36,050 nt of DNA from a virus (IMGVR_UViG_2558860290_000008:1-36050); one strand, 5' to 3'. Shown: positions 19,262-28,947, numbered from the stretch's first letter. The notes: generated from the sequence alone by a model not told the origin. Numbers and translations: made by a program.

Positions 19262-19620
19262 GCGTTCTCCAGTTCGGTGATTTTTATTCCAAGCCTTCCG
19301 CCTGGTACTTTCACGCCACGAATTACGCGAATGTCATCGAATTGCTCGTCGTCTTCCGCAAATCCGGCGTGGATAAGGGAGTCGAGTAAACCTTTCAGGA
19401 TGTTGTCGAGGTCGCGGCGGCGGGAGTCTGGAACGTCTGCGATGACTTTGATACGGAGTCGTTATTTGGTGAAAATGTCTAACTTAAGTTGGCGGATGAT
19501 TTGCTGAACGTCTTTTCGGTATTTCTGGCCTTTATCGCTGATGTAGTATTGGCTTCCCCGTCTTCGCCAGTAGGTATTCACCGACGGCGGGTATGGAAGC
19601 ACAAACTGATATTCGTTCAT
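19258..19620 (-). pseudogene. rusA: rusA Holliday-junction resolvase homolog interrupted by an in-frame TAA at 19464..19462
   Basis: Minus-strand translation MNEYQFVLPYPPSVNTYWRRRGSQYYISDKGQKYRKDVQQIIRQLKLDIFTK-stop-RLRIKVIADVPDSRRRDLDNILKGLLDSLIHAGFAEDDEQFDDIRVIRGVKVPGGRLGIKITELENA. Both halves are in one frame and align with RusA, including the RRRDLDN active-site motif. Confidence 0.75.
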
Positions 19621-19907
19621 GACTTAATCTTCCCCTCCTTCAGCAGTATCGCCTGCGTCCTGATCACGCCTTCGAGGTGGTAAAGTCTGGCGTCTTTGTT
19701 GTCGAGATTATGGGTGCGTCGGTCGATTTCATCGTGACACGCGCTACAAGCCCATGCGCCGATCAGGTCGTCAGGCTTCATTCCAGTTCCGCAAATTCCA
19801 GCCATCCGGTAATGTGCCAGAACTGTAGTTTCAGGATTGCCATTGCATACGCCGTAAATACGTACCTGGCATTCTCTGCCGCGCGCTTCTTTGCGTAGGT
19901 TAGCCAT
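19617..19907 (-). CDS. YbcO-like protein (DUF1364-type, putative nuclease)
   Basis: 96-aa protein with RECQVRIYGVCNGNPETTVLAH ... CSACHDEIDRR, resembling the DLP12 prophage ybcO product as I recall it; ATGA overlap with rusA. Confidence 0.5.
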   Translation of the reverse strand: MANLRKEARGRECQVRIYGVCNGNPETTVLAHYRMAGICGTGMKPDDLIGAWACSACHDEIDRRTHNLDNKDARLYHLEGVIRTQAILLKEGKIKS

Positions 19908-20176
19908 TATGGTTCACTCCAGTAATTCTCAATTGCAACAGCCATTCTCTGCATCCACTCAGCCAGCTTTAACGCGGCTTCTCTTTCAGAACCACATTTA
20001 GGGAAATCCTTCATTTCCATGCTGGCCTTATATGTTCTGAATGCCAGGTCTCCGGTAATAACCAACTCCTGATCAAGCACCGAGCGTTTATTCCGGTGCT
20101 GAACGTAATAGACAGATTCAGTCCGCATTTCTTCTCTGTCTTTTTTGAAGGAAATAAGCTCAGAGAAATCACTCAT
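19907..20176 (-). CDS. Hypothetical protein (89 aa)
   Basis: ORF translationally coupled on both sides (ATGA overlaps with ninF and the YbcO-like gene); no family recognised. Confidence 0.5.
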   Translation of the reverse strand: MSDFSELISFKKDREEMRTESVYYVQHRNKRSVLDQELVITGDLAFRTYKASMEMKDFPKCGSEREAALKLAEWMQRMAVAIENYWSEP

Positions 20177-20339
20177 CGTCTTCTTCCTCGTACATTGAGC
20201 TATTCGGATCGCTCATCAGTTCTGCGCAGCAGTGCTCACACACGTGAACTTCCAGCACATGCAGCTTCTGACCGCAGTTAGCGCACGTTAAAGCTCGCTC
20301 GACACTTCCTTGTTCGTAACTTCGATTTGGGTCAATCAC
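20169..20339 (-). CDS. ninF: NinF-like protein (GTG start)
   Basis: Hand translation [56 protein letters not shown] (56 aa), resembling lambda NinF; below the ORF-track size cutoff. Confidence 0.65.
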   Translation of the reverse strand: MIDPNRSYEQGSVERALTCANCGQKLHVLEVHVCEHCCAELMSDPNSSMYEEEDDE

Positions 20340-20518
20340 CTTGTTTTCCTCGCACGTTCTCTAAGCCACCGGATATCCCACAGGTGAGCCGTGTAATTGA
20401 AGGTTTTTACGTCAGATTCTTTTGGGATTGGTTTGCGTTTATTTCTGGAGCGTTTCGTTGGAAGGTATTTGCAGTTTTCGCAGATGATGTCGGTGATACT
20501 TCGTCGCTGTCGTCTCAT
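20336..20518 (-). CDS. ninE: NinE-like protein
   Basis: [60 protein letters not shown] (60 aa), resembling lambda NinE; start at the internal Met of ORF 20336..20608. Confidence 0.75.
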   Translation of the reverse strand: MRRQRRSITDIICENCKYLPTKRSRNKRKPIPKESDVKTFNYTAHLWDIRWLRERARKTR

Positions 20519-21042
20519 GCTGCCCTCCTGACGCCCTGCCCGATCGCCATCAATGCCGCTTTGGATACGGTAGTAAACATCCGTCGAGGACTGATGAACG
20601 GTCGCCAAATCAGCAGCATGGAGCCTTTGCTGTTTCCCTTCTTCTCCAGCCCTGTCGATGGTTCGATAAAATTAATCCGTCCATCAGTGATAATGCGAAC
20701 TTCGTCGACACTCTCCAGAGCCTTGCTGAACCATCCGACTGACATATCCTCTGGCACAAGCATAACTACCGTCTGTCGCTGTTGTATGCACTGCTCAGCG
20801 GCTTTTTCCACCCACGGCCTGATATTGCTGTACGGTGGGTTATTCCAGATTGCACCGTGGCTTATCCACTCAGAATTTAGCGCGTCGTCGGCCTCAGTTA
20901 ACCAGTGAGCGCACAGAGCATTTTTGTCGCTCGCTGCCGAATCCAGCCAGAATCCAAACTCAATATCCAGTGCATCAAAAAGCCAAAGCGGCGTTTGCCA
21001 GCAGTCCTTGTCGTGTGCTGGCGTATTTGATTTGATAGTCAT
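20515..21042 (-). CDS. DNA N6-adenine methyltransferase (phage Dam-like)
   Basis: NNPPYS catalytic motif; start taken at [26 protein letters not shown] (ATG 21042) with an ATGA overlap to ninB. Confidence 0.7.
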   Translation of the reverse strand: MTIKSNTPAHDKDCWQTPLWLFDALDIEFGFWLDSAASDKNALCAHWLTEADDALNSEWISHGAIWNNPPYSNIRPWVEKAAEQCIQQRQTVVMLVPEDMSVGWFSKALESVDEVRIITDGRINFIEPSTGLEKKGNSKGSMLLIWRPFISPRRMFTTVSKAALMAIGQGVRRAA

Positions 21043-21479
21043 GCAGCCCGATCTCCCCATCGCGCTTTCCATTCGAGAGCTAGTCGCGCTTCGTCTGACC
21101 ACTTAACGCCACGCTCTGTACCGAATGCCTGTATAAGCTCTAATAGCTCCGCAAATTCGCTTACACGCATCCTGCTGGTTGACTGGCCTATTACCACAAA
21201 GCCATTCCCGGCAAGGTTAGGAACAACGTCCTGCTGCTTTAATGCTGCTGTAAAAACGCACTTCCAGCTTTCTGCATCCAGCCAGCGACCATGCCATTCA
21301 ACCTGACGAGAGACGTCACCAAGGCAAGCCCAAAGCTTCCGATTTTGGTCTAAGCTGCGGTTGCGTTCCTGAATGGTTACTACGATTGGTTTGGTTGGGT
21401 CTGGAATGATTTGCTGTACTGCGTGAATAGCGTTCTGCTGATGGATGTGGCTTCTTAGTTCAAACGTTAGTTTCCTCAT
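21039..21479 (-). CDS. ninB: NinB recombination protein
   Basis: 146-aa protein MRKLTFELRSHIHQQNAIHAVQQIIPDPTKPIVVTIQERNRSLDQNRKLWACLGDV, near-identical to lambda NinB as I recall it. Confidence 0.9.
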   Translation of the reverse strand: MRKLTFELRSHIHQQNAIHAVQQIIPDPTKPIVVTIQERNRSLDQNRKLWACLGDVSRQVEWHGRWLDAESWKCVFTAALKQQDVVPNLAGNGFVVIGQSTSRMRVSEFAELLELIQAFGTERGVKWSDEARLALEWKARWGDRAA

Positions 21480-21696
21480 GGGATGAACTCCAGTTTGCGA
21501 TGTTAAATTCCCATTTAATTACCTTTGCATACCCAATTTTGAACCCATCAATACCTATCCACCGATTGCCACTCCAATAAGCTGTACCACTTTGCTTGAA
21601 ATGATGTGGATGCCTAGATTGAGTGGTCACAGTTACAGGTAAATATGGCTTCGGGTATTCCCCATTCCCTGGATAACCAGATTTAATTTTGCTCAT
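21460..21696 (-). CDS. Hypothetical protein (78 aa, Trp-rich)
   Basis: ORF between the replication and nin genes; no family recognised. Confidence 0.45.
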   Translation of the reverse strand: MSKIKSGYPGNGEYPKPYLPVTVTTQSRHPHHFKQSGTAYWSGNRWIGIDGFKIGYAKVIKWEFNIANWSSSHEETNV

Positions 21697-22019
21697 TGAT
21701 ACCCTCTCTCACTTAATCGCGCCCACGCTTCGTTAAACTCTTCTCGGGTTGCGCCGGATTTTCTTTCTTCAAACATCATGCATTCGCTGATGTCTCCCCA
21801 TGACTTTGGTCGCTTTTCAGCGAACAGATCATCCCATTCGAATACCCAGCGTCCTGATTTTCGGTAGTGGTAAATGGTCAGCCATGTTGTGCTGTTCGCT
21901 GGATACCCATAGAGAACTTCGACTTTTTGATCACGGTCTTTATGCTTTTTCAGCAGGATAAAGCCAGCAACCAGCGAAGCTCCGGCAAGAATGATGATTG
22001 GTATTTGCCAGTCAGCCAC
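21693..22019 (-). CDS. Hypothetical membrane-anchored protein (108 aa)
   Basis: N-terminal transmembrane helix (IPIIILAGASLVAGFILL) then a soluble domain; 4-nt overlap with the downstream gene. Confidence 0.5.
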   Translation of the reverse strand: MADWQIPIIILAGASLVAGFILLKKHKDRDQKVEVLYGYPANSTTWLTIYHYRKSGRWVFEWDDLFAEKRPKSWGDISECMMFEERKSGATREEFNEAWARLSERGYQ

Positions 22020-22031
22020 GCTTACCTCCGC

Positions 22032-22238
22032 TTAACTCACAAAACGCCACGCCATTTTTGCTACGACAACAGGCATAACACCGATAATCCCCCACAGGAA
22101 AATGCTACCTAAAAGCATATTCCCCAGGTCTTTACCTTCGCCTACCAACCGGACAAAACAGCCAGCAACCACAATGAACGTCGCCACCATCCACAGAGCA
22201 CCGAGAAGCCTCAATGCAGAGAAAATCAACTCAACCAC
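22032..22238 (-). CDS. Hypothetical small membrane protein (68 aa, GTG start)
   Basis: Two predicted transmembrane helices; GGAGAG ribosome-binding site; first gene after the tR2-like terminator. Confidence 0.45.
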   Translation of the reverse strand: MVELIFSALRLLGALWMVATFIVVAGCFVRLVGEGKDLGNMLLGSIFLWGIIGVMPVVVAKMAWRFVS

Positions 22239-22253
22239 GATTTACTCTCCCCC

Positions 22254-22284
22254 AAATAAAAAGGCCTGCGATTACCAGCAGGCC
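22254..22284 (-). terminator. Intrinsic terminator after the helicase gene (tR2-like position)
   Basis: Minus-strand GGCCTGC-UGGUAAUC-GCAGGCC hairpin followed by UUUUUAUUU. Confidence 0.65.
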
Positions 22285-22310
22285 TGTTATTAGCTCAGTG
22301 ACGTAGATGG

Positions 22311-23687
22311 TCATACGTCAGCCCCTTGTGCATATCGTCTGCCACGCGCAGCAGGTGCATTTGATGCTGTGCAAATCTGTCTGGCTTCATCCTGGTCACA
22401 TGCAACAAAGTGTCCGTTACAGAACCGCTGGTAAACCGTACCAAGCGAGCCAAAACGGTTTTTCGTCACAATGATTTCAGCAAATGGCGCGGCGCTACTG
22501 TTCTCGTCATATACAGCTTCCCGATAGAGCATGATGATTGAGTCTGCGTCCTGTTCAATGCTTCCTGAATCACGCAAATCTGCGTTTGTCGGGCGTTTGT
22601 TTGGTCGCTTCTCAACATCGCGTGAAAGCTGACTCAGGGAGATAACAGGCGTTTTCAGGTCTTTCGCCATCGCCTTCAGGCTTCCGGAGATGTGAGCAAT
22701 TGCGAGATCGTTGCGATCTGCTTTCGGCTTCTCAATCAGGCCAAGATAATCCGCCATGATGAGTGACAGGTTTGGATTTTCCTGTTTGTGCCGTTCTGCG
22801 ATTGAGCGTATTTCTTCGACCGATAACCGCGAGGCATCGACTACCCATACATCCAAATCCGCAAGCTGACTCATGCCGTTAGCAACACGCGCCCAGCCTT
22901 CGTCATCCATCGATGCAGGATTTCGCAGTACGCTAACCGACATCCTCCCGGCGTTGGCAATGCTTCGCTCTGCAATCTGCAATGCGCTCATTTCCATTGA
23001 GAAAATCAATACCCCGCGCCGGACGTCAGAACCAGGAATAACACGGCTTGCAACGCCTTCGGCAATCTTCAGCGCCAGTTCGGTTTTCCCCATACCAGGA
23101 CGAGCAGCGATTATCACCAGGTCTTCCGCGTTCATCCCTCCGGTGATGGCATCAAGTTCTTCGATTCCGGTCTTCAGGGTATCGGACTCTTCTCCGTTCC
23201 TCAGACGCCTGTCAAGCGTGTCAGTGTAGTCAGTAATGATTTCCCCTAACCGTACAGGTTTAACCTCGTCACGGGGCTTTCTGATGGCTGAAAGACGCTT
23301 TACAAGCTCATCCATCGCCTGACTCGATGCGTCGATGGTTCCGCTCTGAATTGGTTCACGCATTTCATCCATGATTTCCAGCACCAGACGGCGGTGATAG
23401 TTATCCGCGACCATTCCTGCATATCCCTTCAGGTTTGCGGCACTCGGGCAGTTTTTGCTGGTCATCAGGATTGACGTGAAATGCTCCTCTCCGCACGCCT
23501 CGGCAACCATCAGCGCGTCGATTAGGTTTCTGTTTCGCGCCTGCTTGCGGATAACCTCGAAGGCTTTCCGGTAGAGCGGAATTGAAAACGCTTCCGGCTC
23601 CAGCGTTGCCAGAACGTCGCTGGCGGTTGGTGTTAATCCACCAATCAGCAGGCCACCGATAACGCTCGCTTCGATATCCTGTTTCAT
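22311..23687 (-). CDS. Replicative DNA helicase (DnaB-like, P22 gene 12-type)
   Basis: 458-aa protein with a Walker A motif ([15 protein letters not shown]) and DnaB-like C-terminal domain features; follows the O-like initiator. Confidence 0.85.
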   Translation of the reverse strand: MKQDIEASVIGGLLIGGLTPTASDVLATLEPEAFSIPLYRKAFEVIRKQARNRNLIDALMVAEACGEEHFTSILMTSKNCPSAANLKGYAGMVADNYHRRLVLEIMDEMREPIQSGTIDASSQAMDELVKRLSAIRKPRDEVKPVRLGEIITDYTDTLDRRLRNGEESDTLKTGIEELDAITGGMNAEDLVIIAARPGMGKTELALKIAEGVASRVIPGSDVRRGVLIFSMEMSALQIAERSIANAGRMSVSVLRNPASMDDEGWARVANGMSQLADLDVWVVDASRLSVEEIRSIAERHKQENPNLSLIMADYLGLIEKPKADRNDLAIAHISGSLKAMAKDLKTPVISLSQLSRDVEKRPNKRPTNADLRDSGSIEQDADSIIMLYREAVYDENSSAAPFAEIIVTKNRFGSLGTVYQRFCNGHFVACDQDEARQICTASNAPAARGRRYAQGADV

Positions 23688-24505
23688 GCAATCCCCCTGT
23701 CTGCAAACTTCCCTTCCCGAACTCCCGTTAACGAATCTTCCCTCAGCAGGTAATCAAAATCGGCCGTCCAGCCAGTGTCGTTGTCTCCGAAGTAAAACGG
23801 CTTGGCCTGATGTACAAACGCCCTGACATACGCTCTGAAACCGTCCACGTTTGGCGTTTTCAGTTGCGGGATGATTTTCTTCAGGCGGCGTTTGCGTTTC
23901 TCGTTGACCGCAACAGCGTGTGGCAGTCTGTCACCGACTTCGGTGTTGTAGGCGTTCAGGAAGGATTCGTAGTCGATTCGTTCTGCCTTGCGACGTTCAG
24001 GTTTAACCTGCCCATCGCCGCCCCCGTTAGGGGGTAAGGGGGTATTTGTATTTATTGTCTTTTGTATATTGTCTTTTGTGTTTAGCTGACTTGGCTTATA
24101 CCCATTAGCCGACTTGGCTAATGTTTTATTAGCTGTTTTAGCTAATGTTAAGCTATCCTGGCTAATCCACTGCGAAACCACCTTGTTCACTCCGATTTTC
24201 ACGCCATCAGCAATGAGGAATTTACGCTCAATAAGCTGGCGCTTGGCAGCGCAAACATGAGTGTGATGAATACCTGTCATGGCTGCTATCTGCGTGTTTG
24301 TGAGTCGATCCATCGGCTTATTGAATCCGTATGTCTTGCGCATGATAGCGAGCATCACCTTCAACTGCCGGACGGTTAAATCAGCCATCAGCAGACTGTC
24401 GGTAATCTCGTTAGCAACGCGCATGAAACCATCTTCGGTATCTGCCACGCGATGCTCCACGACCTCCAGTTGAGGCCTGTAATCAGCTAACTTAACGACG
24501 CCCAT
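23684..24505 (-). CDS. Replication initiation protein (lambda O / P22 gene 18-like)
   Basis: 273-aa protein with an N-terminal helix-turn-helix region; the gene contains origin iterons and an AT-rich stretch, as lambda O does. Confidence 0.75.
   Translation of the reverse strand: MGVVKLADYRPQLEVVEHRVADTEDGFMRVANEITDSLLMADLTVRQLKVMLAIMRKTYGFNKPMDRLTNTQIAAMTGIHHTHVCAAKRQLIERKFLIADGVKIGVNKVVSQWISQDSLTLAKTANKTLAKSANGYKPSQLNTKDNIQKTINTNTPLPPNGGGDGQVKPERRKAERIDYESFLNAYNTEVGDRLPHAVAVNEKRKRRLKKIIPQLKTPNVDGFRAYVRAFVHQAKPFYFGDNDTGWTADFDYLLREDSLTGVREGKFADRGIA
24040..24166. repeat. Replication origin: four iterons of about 19 bp plus an adjacent AT-rich region with direct repeats
   Basis: TTAGCTGACTTGGCTTATA (24082), TTAGCCGACTTGGCTAATG (24106), TTAGCTGTTTTAGCTAATG (24129), TTAAGCTATCCTGGCTAAT (24148); upstream ATTGTCTTTTGT x2 and a CCCCCGTTAGGGGGTAAGGGGG tract. 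Confidence 0.7.
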
Positions 24506-24651
24506 GTTTCACTCCTGCTTTGGCTAGTCTGTAAACACCAACAAGGCGCTCTGCGAACGCCCTGTTATTTGCTGCGGCTACCACTAATCCCTCAGGTGAA
24601 TCAGGGTGTCGAATCTCTTCTTTTTCCTGGTATTTCTTACGACGTTTTGTC
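24493..24651 (-). CDS. Possible small ORF between cII and the replication gene (52 aa)
   Basis: Hand translation [53 protein letters not shown]; overlaps the O-like start by 13 nt; below the ORF-track cutoff. Confidence 0.3.
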
Positions 24652-24687
24652 ATAATTACTCCTGTGGATTGATCCAGTCTTTCTACA

Positions 24688-24966
24688 TCAGGCCTCGAAG
24701 AATTCGCCGTTCTTCGGGGCTTTTTCTTTTGTCAGCATTCTTGCTACTTGCTTAGCCAGTTCCGCCAACTCCTCGTCTTCAACACCCCATTCCAGCACAG
24801 CCAGAAGCATGGCCATCTTTGGGATAAAGCTGTCTTTCCATCGCGAAATTTGCGATTCATTAATCCCTAACGCGTCGGCAACCTTTCGCTGACCACGTAC
24901 AGCAATTCGATTCAGGATGTTGCTTGTAATTGCATTCGCTTTCTTGCGAGTACTTGTAAGTTGCAT
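24688..24966 (-). CDS. cII: cII-like transcriptional activator
   Basis: MQLTSTRKK ... ESQISRWKDSFIPKMAMLLAVLEWGVEDEE, homologous to lambda CII but not identical; upstream RBS and start context (AAGGAAATACTTACATATG) match lambda. The ORF-track N-terminal extension was rejected. Confidence 0.8.
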   Translation of the reverse strand: MQLTSTRKKANAITSNILNRIAVRGQRKVADALGINESQISRWKDSFIPKMAMLLAVLEWGVEDEELAELAKQVARMLTKEKAPKNGEFFEA

Positions 24967-25045
24967 ATGTAAGTATTTCCTTAGATAACAATTGATTGAA
25001 TGTATGCAAATAAATGCATACACCATAGGTGTGGTTTAATTTGAT

Positions 25046-25078
25046 GCCCTTTTTCAGGGCTGGAATGTGTAAGAGCGG
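25046..25078 (-). promoter_or_regulatory. nutR (boxA CGCTCTTA and boxB GCCCTGAAAAAGGGC)
   Basis: Exact lambda nutR boxB hairpin sequence on the minus strand between cro and cII. Confidence 0.8.
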
Positions 25079-25084
25079 GGTTAT

Positions 25085-25294
<210 letters not shown>

Positions 25295-25310
25295 TTAGTA
25301 CATGCAACCA

Positions 25311-25375
25311 TTATCACCGCCAGAGGTAAAATAGTCAACACGCACGGTGTTAGATATTTATCCCTTGCGGTGATA
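25311..25375. promoter_or_regulatory. Right operator OR1-OR2-OR3 with divergent pR and pRM
   Basis: TATCACCGCCAGAGGTA (OR1), CAACACGCACGGTGTTA (OR2), TATCCCTTGCGGTGATA (OR3), lambda-type 17-bp operators between cro and cI. Confidence 0.9.
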
Positions 25376-25382
25376 GATTTAA

Positions 25383-26099
<717 letters not shown>

Positions 26100-26211
26100 T
26101 CGGCAAGGTGTTCTGGTCGGCGCATAGCTGATAACAATTGAGCAAGAATCTTCATCGAATTAGGGGAATTTTCACTCCCCTCAGAACATAACATAGTAAA
26201 TGGATTGAATT

Positions 26212-27051
26212 ATGAAGAATGGTTTTTATGCGACTTACCGCAGCAAAAATAAAGGGAAAGATAAGCGCTCAATAAACCTGTCTGTTTTCCTTAATTCTCT
26301 GCTGGCTGATAATCATCACCTGCAGGTTGGCTCCAATTATTTGTATATTCATAAAATCGATGGAAAAACTTTTCTCTTTACCAAAACAAATGACAAGAGT
26401 CTGGTTCAGAAGATAAATCGCTCTAAAGCTTCAGTTGAAGATATTAAGAACAGCCTCGCGGATGACGAATCATTGGGATTCCCATCTTTTTTGTTTGTTG
26501 AAGGCGACACCATTGGTTTTGCCAGAACTGTTTTCGGGCCGACCACATCCGATCTGACAGATTTTTTAATCGGGAAAGGAATGTCATTAAGCAGTGGAGA
26601 GCGCGTTCAGATAGAGCCACTGATGAGGGGAACCACCAAAGACGATGTTATGCATATGCATTTCATCGGCCGAACAACGGTGAAGGTAGAAGCCAAGCTA
26701 CCTGTATTTGGCGATATATTAAAGGTCTTAGGGGCAACAGATATTGAAGGGGAGCTTTTTGACTCATTGGATATAGTCATTAAGCCAAAATTTAAAAGGG
26801 ATATAAAAAAGGTTGCCAAGGATATTATTTTTAACCCGTCACCTCAATTTTCAGACATTAGCCTGCGGGCAAAAGATGAGGCCGGAGATATTTTAACAGA
26901 ACATTATCTATCAGAAAAAGGCCATCTCTCAGCGCCTCTGAACAAGGTCACCAATGCTGAGATAGCTGAAGAGATGGCATATTGCTACGCAAGAATGAAA
27001 AGTGATATACTGGAATGTTTTAAAAGGCAGGTGGGCAAAGTTAAGGATTAA
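26212..27051 (+). CDS. rexA: RexA (Rex exclusion system)
   Basis: 279-aa protein MKNGFYATYRSKNKGKDKRSINLSVFLNSLLADNHHLQVGSNYLYIHKIDGK, matching my recollection of lambda RexA; AT-rich. Confidence 0.9.
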   Translation: MKNGFYATYRSKNKGKDKRSINLSVFLNSLLADNHHLQVGSNYLYIHKIDGKTFLFTKTNDKSLVQKINRSKASVEDIKNSLADDESLGFPSFLFVEGDTIGFARTVFGPTTSDLTDFLIGKGMSLSSGERVQIEPLMRGTTKDDVMHMHFIGRTTVKVEAKLPVFGDILKVLGATDIEGELFDSLDIVIKPKFKRDIKKVAKDIIFNPSPQFSDISLRAKDEAGDILTEHYLSEKGHLSAPLNKVTNAEIAEEMAYCYARMKSDILECFKRQVGKVKD

Positions 27052-27066
27052 TTATCAGGAGTAATT

Positions 27067-27501
27067 ATGCGGAACAGAATCATGCCTGGTGTTTACATAG
27101 TAATAATTCCTTACGTTATCGTAAGCATTTGCTATCTCCTTTTCCGCCACTACATTCCTGGTGTTTCTTTTTCAGCTCATAGAGATGGTCTTGGGGCGAC
27201 ATTGTCATCATATGCAGGAACCATGATTGCAATCCTGATTGCTGCCTTGACGTTTCTAATCGGAAGCAGAACGCGCCGACTGGCCAAGATTAGAGAGTAT
27301 GGGTATATGACATCGGTAGTTATTGTCTATGCCCTTAGTTTTGTTGAGCTTGGAGCTTTGTTTTTCTGCGGGTTATTGCTTCTTTCCAGCATAAGCGGCT
27401 ACATGATACCCACTATCGCCATCGGCATTGCCTCTGCATCGTTCATTCATATATGCATCCTTGTTTTCCAACTATATAATTTGACCAGAGAACAAGAATA
27501 A
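27067..27501 (+). CDS. rexB: RexB (membrane component of Rex exclusion)
   Basis: 144-aa polytopic membrane protein MRNRIMPGVYIVIIPYVIVSICYLLF, matching my recollection of lambda RexB. Confidence 0.9.
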   Translation: MRNRIMPGVYIVIIPYVIVSICYLLFRHYIPGVSFSAHRDGLGATLSSYAGTMIAILIAALTFLIGSRTRRLAKIREYGYMTSVVIVYALSFVELGALFFCGLLLLSSISGYMIPTIAIGIASASFIHICILVFQLYNLTREQE

Positions 27502-27527
27502 CCCGGCCTCAGCGCCGGGTTTTCTTT
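27502..27527 (+). terminator. Intrinsic terminator after rexB (tImm-like)
   Basis: CCCGGC-CTCAGC-GCCGGG hairpin followed by TTTTCTTT. Confidence 0.7.
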
Positions 27528-27675
27528 GCCTCACGATCGCCCCCAAAACACATAACCAATTGTATTTATTGAAAAATAAATAGATACAACTCACTAAACA
27601 TAGCAATTCAGATCTCTCACCTACCAAACAATGCCCCCCTGCAAAAAATAAATTCATATAAAAAACATACAGATA

Positions 27676-27737
27676 ACCATCTGCGGTGATAAATTATCTC
27701 TGGCGGTGTTGACATAAATACCACTGGCGGTGATACT
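27676..27737 (+). promoter_or_regulatory. Left operator OL1-OL3 and pL promoter
   Basis: TTGACA (27709-27714) and GATACT (27732-27737) with three lambda-type operator repeats (TATCACCGCCAGTGGTA type); matches the lambda pL sequence as I recall it. Confidence 0.9.
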
Positions 27738-27776
27738 GAGCACATCAGCAGGACGCACTGACCACCATGAAGGTGA

Positions 27777-27807
27777 CGCTCTTAAAAATTAAGCCCTGAA
27801 GAAGGGC
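27777..27807 (+). promoter_or_regulatory. nutL (boxA CGCTCTTAA, boxB GCCCTGAAGAAGGGC)
   Basis: Exact lambda nutL boxA and boxB in the pL leader. Confidence 0.85.
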
Positions 27808-28005
27808 AGCATTCAAAGCAGAAGGCTTTGGGATTGGATGAATGAGCAGGCTGATGCTCGACCAATGTATAAACAGCGCTCATGGCAAGCAGTAACCAAT
27901 CTGCGCCTCAAGACAGCGTCACTGGTAGTGCGGGCGCTCTAACCAGTAAGCCGGGGTTCAGCGCCGGCCATCCAATCACCAAAGCTAACTGACAGGAGAA
28001 TCCAG

Positions 28006-28332
28006 ATGGATGCACAAACACGCCGCCGCGAACGTCGCGCAGAGAAACAGGCTCAATGGAAAGCAGCAAATCCCCTGTTGGTTGGGGTAAGCGCAAAACC
28101 AGTTAACCGCCCTATTCTCTCGCTGAATCGCAAACCGAAATCACGAGTAGAAAGCGCACTGAATCCGATAGACCTTACAGTGCTGGCTGAATACCACGAA
28201 CAGATTGAAAGCAACCTGCAACGTATTGAGCGCAAGAATCAGCGCACATGGTACAGCAAGCCACGCAGTGAAATGGGTGTGACTTGTGTTGGTCGCCAGA
28301 AAATGAAATTAGGCAGCAAACCACTTATTTGA
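28006..28332 (+). CDS. N: Antitermination protein N
   Basis: MDAQTRRRERRAEKQAQWKAANPLLVGVSAKPVNRPILSLNRKPKSRVESALNPIDLTVLAEYHEQIESNLQRIERKNQRTWYSKP, matching lambda N with a divergent C-terminus. Confidence 0.95.
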   Translation: MDAQTRRRERRAEKQAQWKAANPLLVGVSAKPVNRPILSLNRKPKSRVESALNPIDLTVLAEYHEQIESNLQRIERKNQRTWYSKPRSEMGVTCVGRQKMKLGSKPLI

Positions 28333-28340
28333 GGTGAGAT

Positions 28341-28427
28341 ATGGAAGAAGAATTTGAAGAGTTCGAAGAGCATCCTCAGGATGTGATGGAACAATACCAG
28401 GACTATCCGTATGACTACGACTATTGA
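28341..28427 (+). CDS. Small acidic ORF (28 aa), lambda orf28-like
   Basis: GAGG ribosome-binding site, then MEEEFEEFEEHPQDVMEQYQDYPYDYDY; overlaps the ral start. Recalled as the lambda orf28 position. Confidence 0.4.
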   Translation: MEEEFEEFEEHPQDVMEQYQDYPYDYDY

Positions 28428-28611
28428 TAAAAATCAATGGTGTGGACAATTCAAGCGATGCAATGGATGCAAGCTGCAATCGGAATGCATGGTTAAGCCT
28501 GAAGAAATGTTTCCTGTAATGGAAGATGGGAAATATGTCGATAAATGGGCAATACGAACGACGGCAATGATTGCCAGAGAACTTGGTAAACAGAACAACA
28601 AGGCTGCCTGA
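28411..28611 (+). CDS. ral: Ral restriction-alleviation protein
   Basis: 66-aa protein MTTTIDKNQWCGQFKRCNGCKLQSECMVKPEEMFPVMEDGKYVDKWAIRTTAMIARELGKQNNKAA, matching my recollection of lambda Ral. Confidence 0.85.
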   Translation: MTTTIDKNQWCGQFKRCNGCKLQSECMVKPEEMFPVMEDGKYVDKWAIRTTAMIARELGKQNNKAA

Positions 28612-28638
28612 TGGTGGCCTTTATTTTTAAGGTGCTAT

Positions 28639-28881
28639 ATGAAAATTAAAACCATGGGCGCAAGCCCATTAAGCGGTCGTATTTTTCAAGGAACATTAAA
28701 CACTGAAAAAGGAATGTGGGTGGGAAAGAAAGAAGATGTAACCGAACAGGCAGTTAAGGCAGTAGCTGAACACATGATGATAAAAGACCAGAAATACGCA
28801 TACGAAACGAAGGATGGCAAATGGCTGATAATAAGCCATCAACTGGTTGATAAATTACCAGAAGAGTTTATTGCTGGTTAA
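28639..28881 (+). CDS. Hypothetical protein (80 aa)
   Basis: AT-rich ORF directly downstream of ral in the pL operon; no family recognised. Confidence 0.5.
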   Translation: MKIKTMGASPLSGRIFQGTLNTEKGMWVGKKEDVTEQAVKAVAEHMMIKDQKYAYETKDGKWLIISHQLVDKLPEEFIAG

Positions 28882-28919
28882 ATTCACCTTGGAACAAACA
28901 ACAGAATAAACACTGCACT

Positions 28920-28947
28920 GTGTATTCATTCCAACGAGTGAATACAC
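28920..28947 (+). repeat. Perfect 9-bp inverted repeat (GTGTATTCA, 10-nt spacer, TGAATACAC)
   Basis: Seen directly in the intergenic region between the two unknown early-left genes; could be an RNA stem-loop or a protein-binding site. Confidence 0.5.

Noticed and set aside
20519-20608. N-terminal extension of the ninE ORF (and similar extensions on the methyltransferase, cII, lar, erf, DUF551 and zinc-ribbon ORFs)
   Set aside because: The extensions overlap upstream genes in another frame; internal Met codons give coupled ATGA junctions or proper ribosome-binding sites and match recalled homolog N-termini.
20327-20908. Plus-strand ORF of 193 aa
   Set aside because: Antisense to the ninE and methyltransferase genes, which have clear family signatures on the minus strand.
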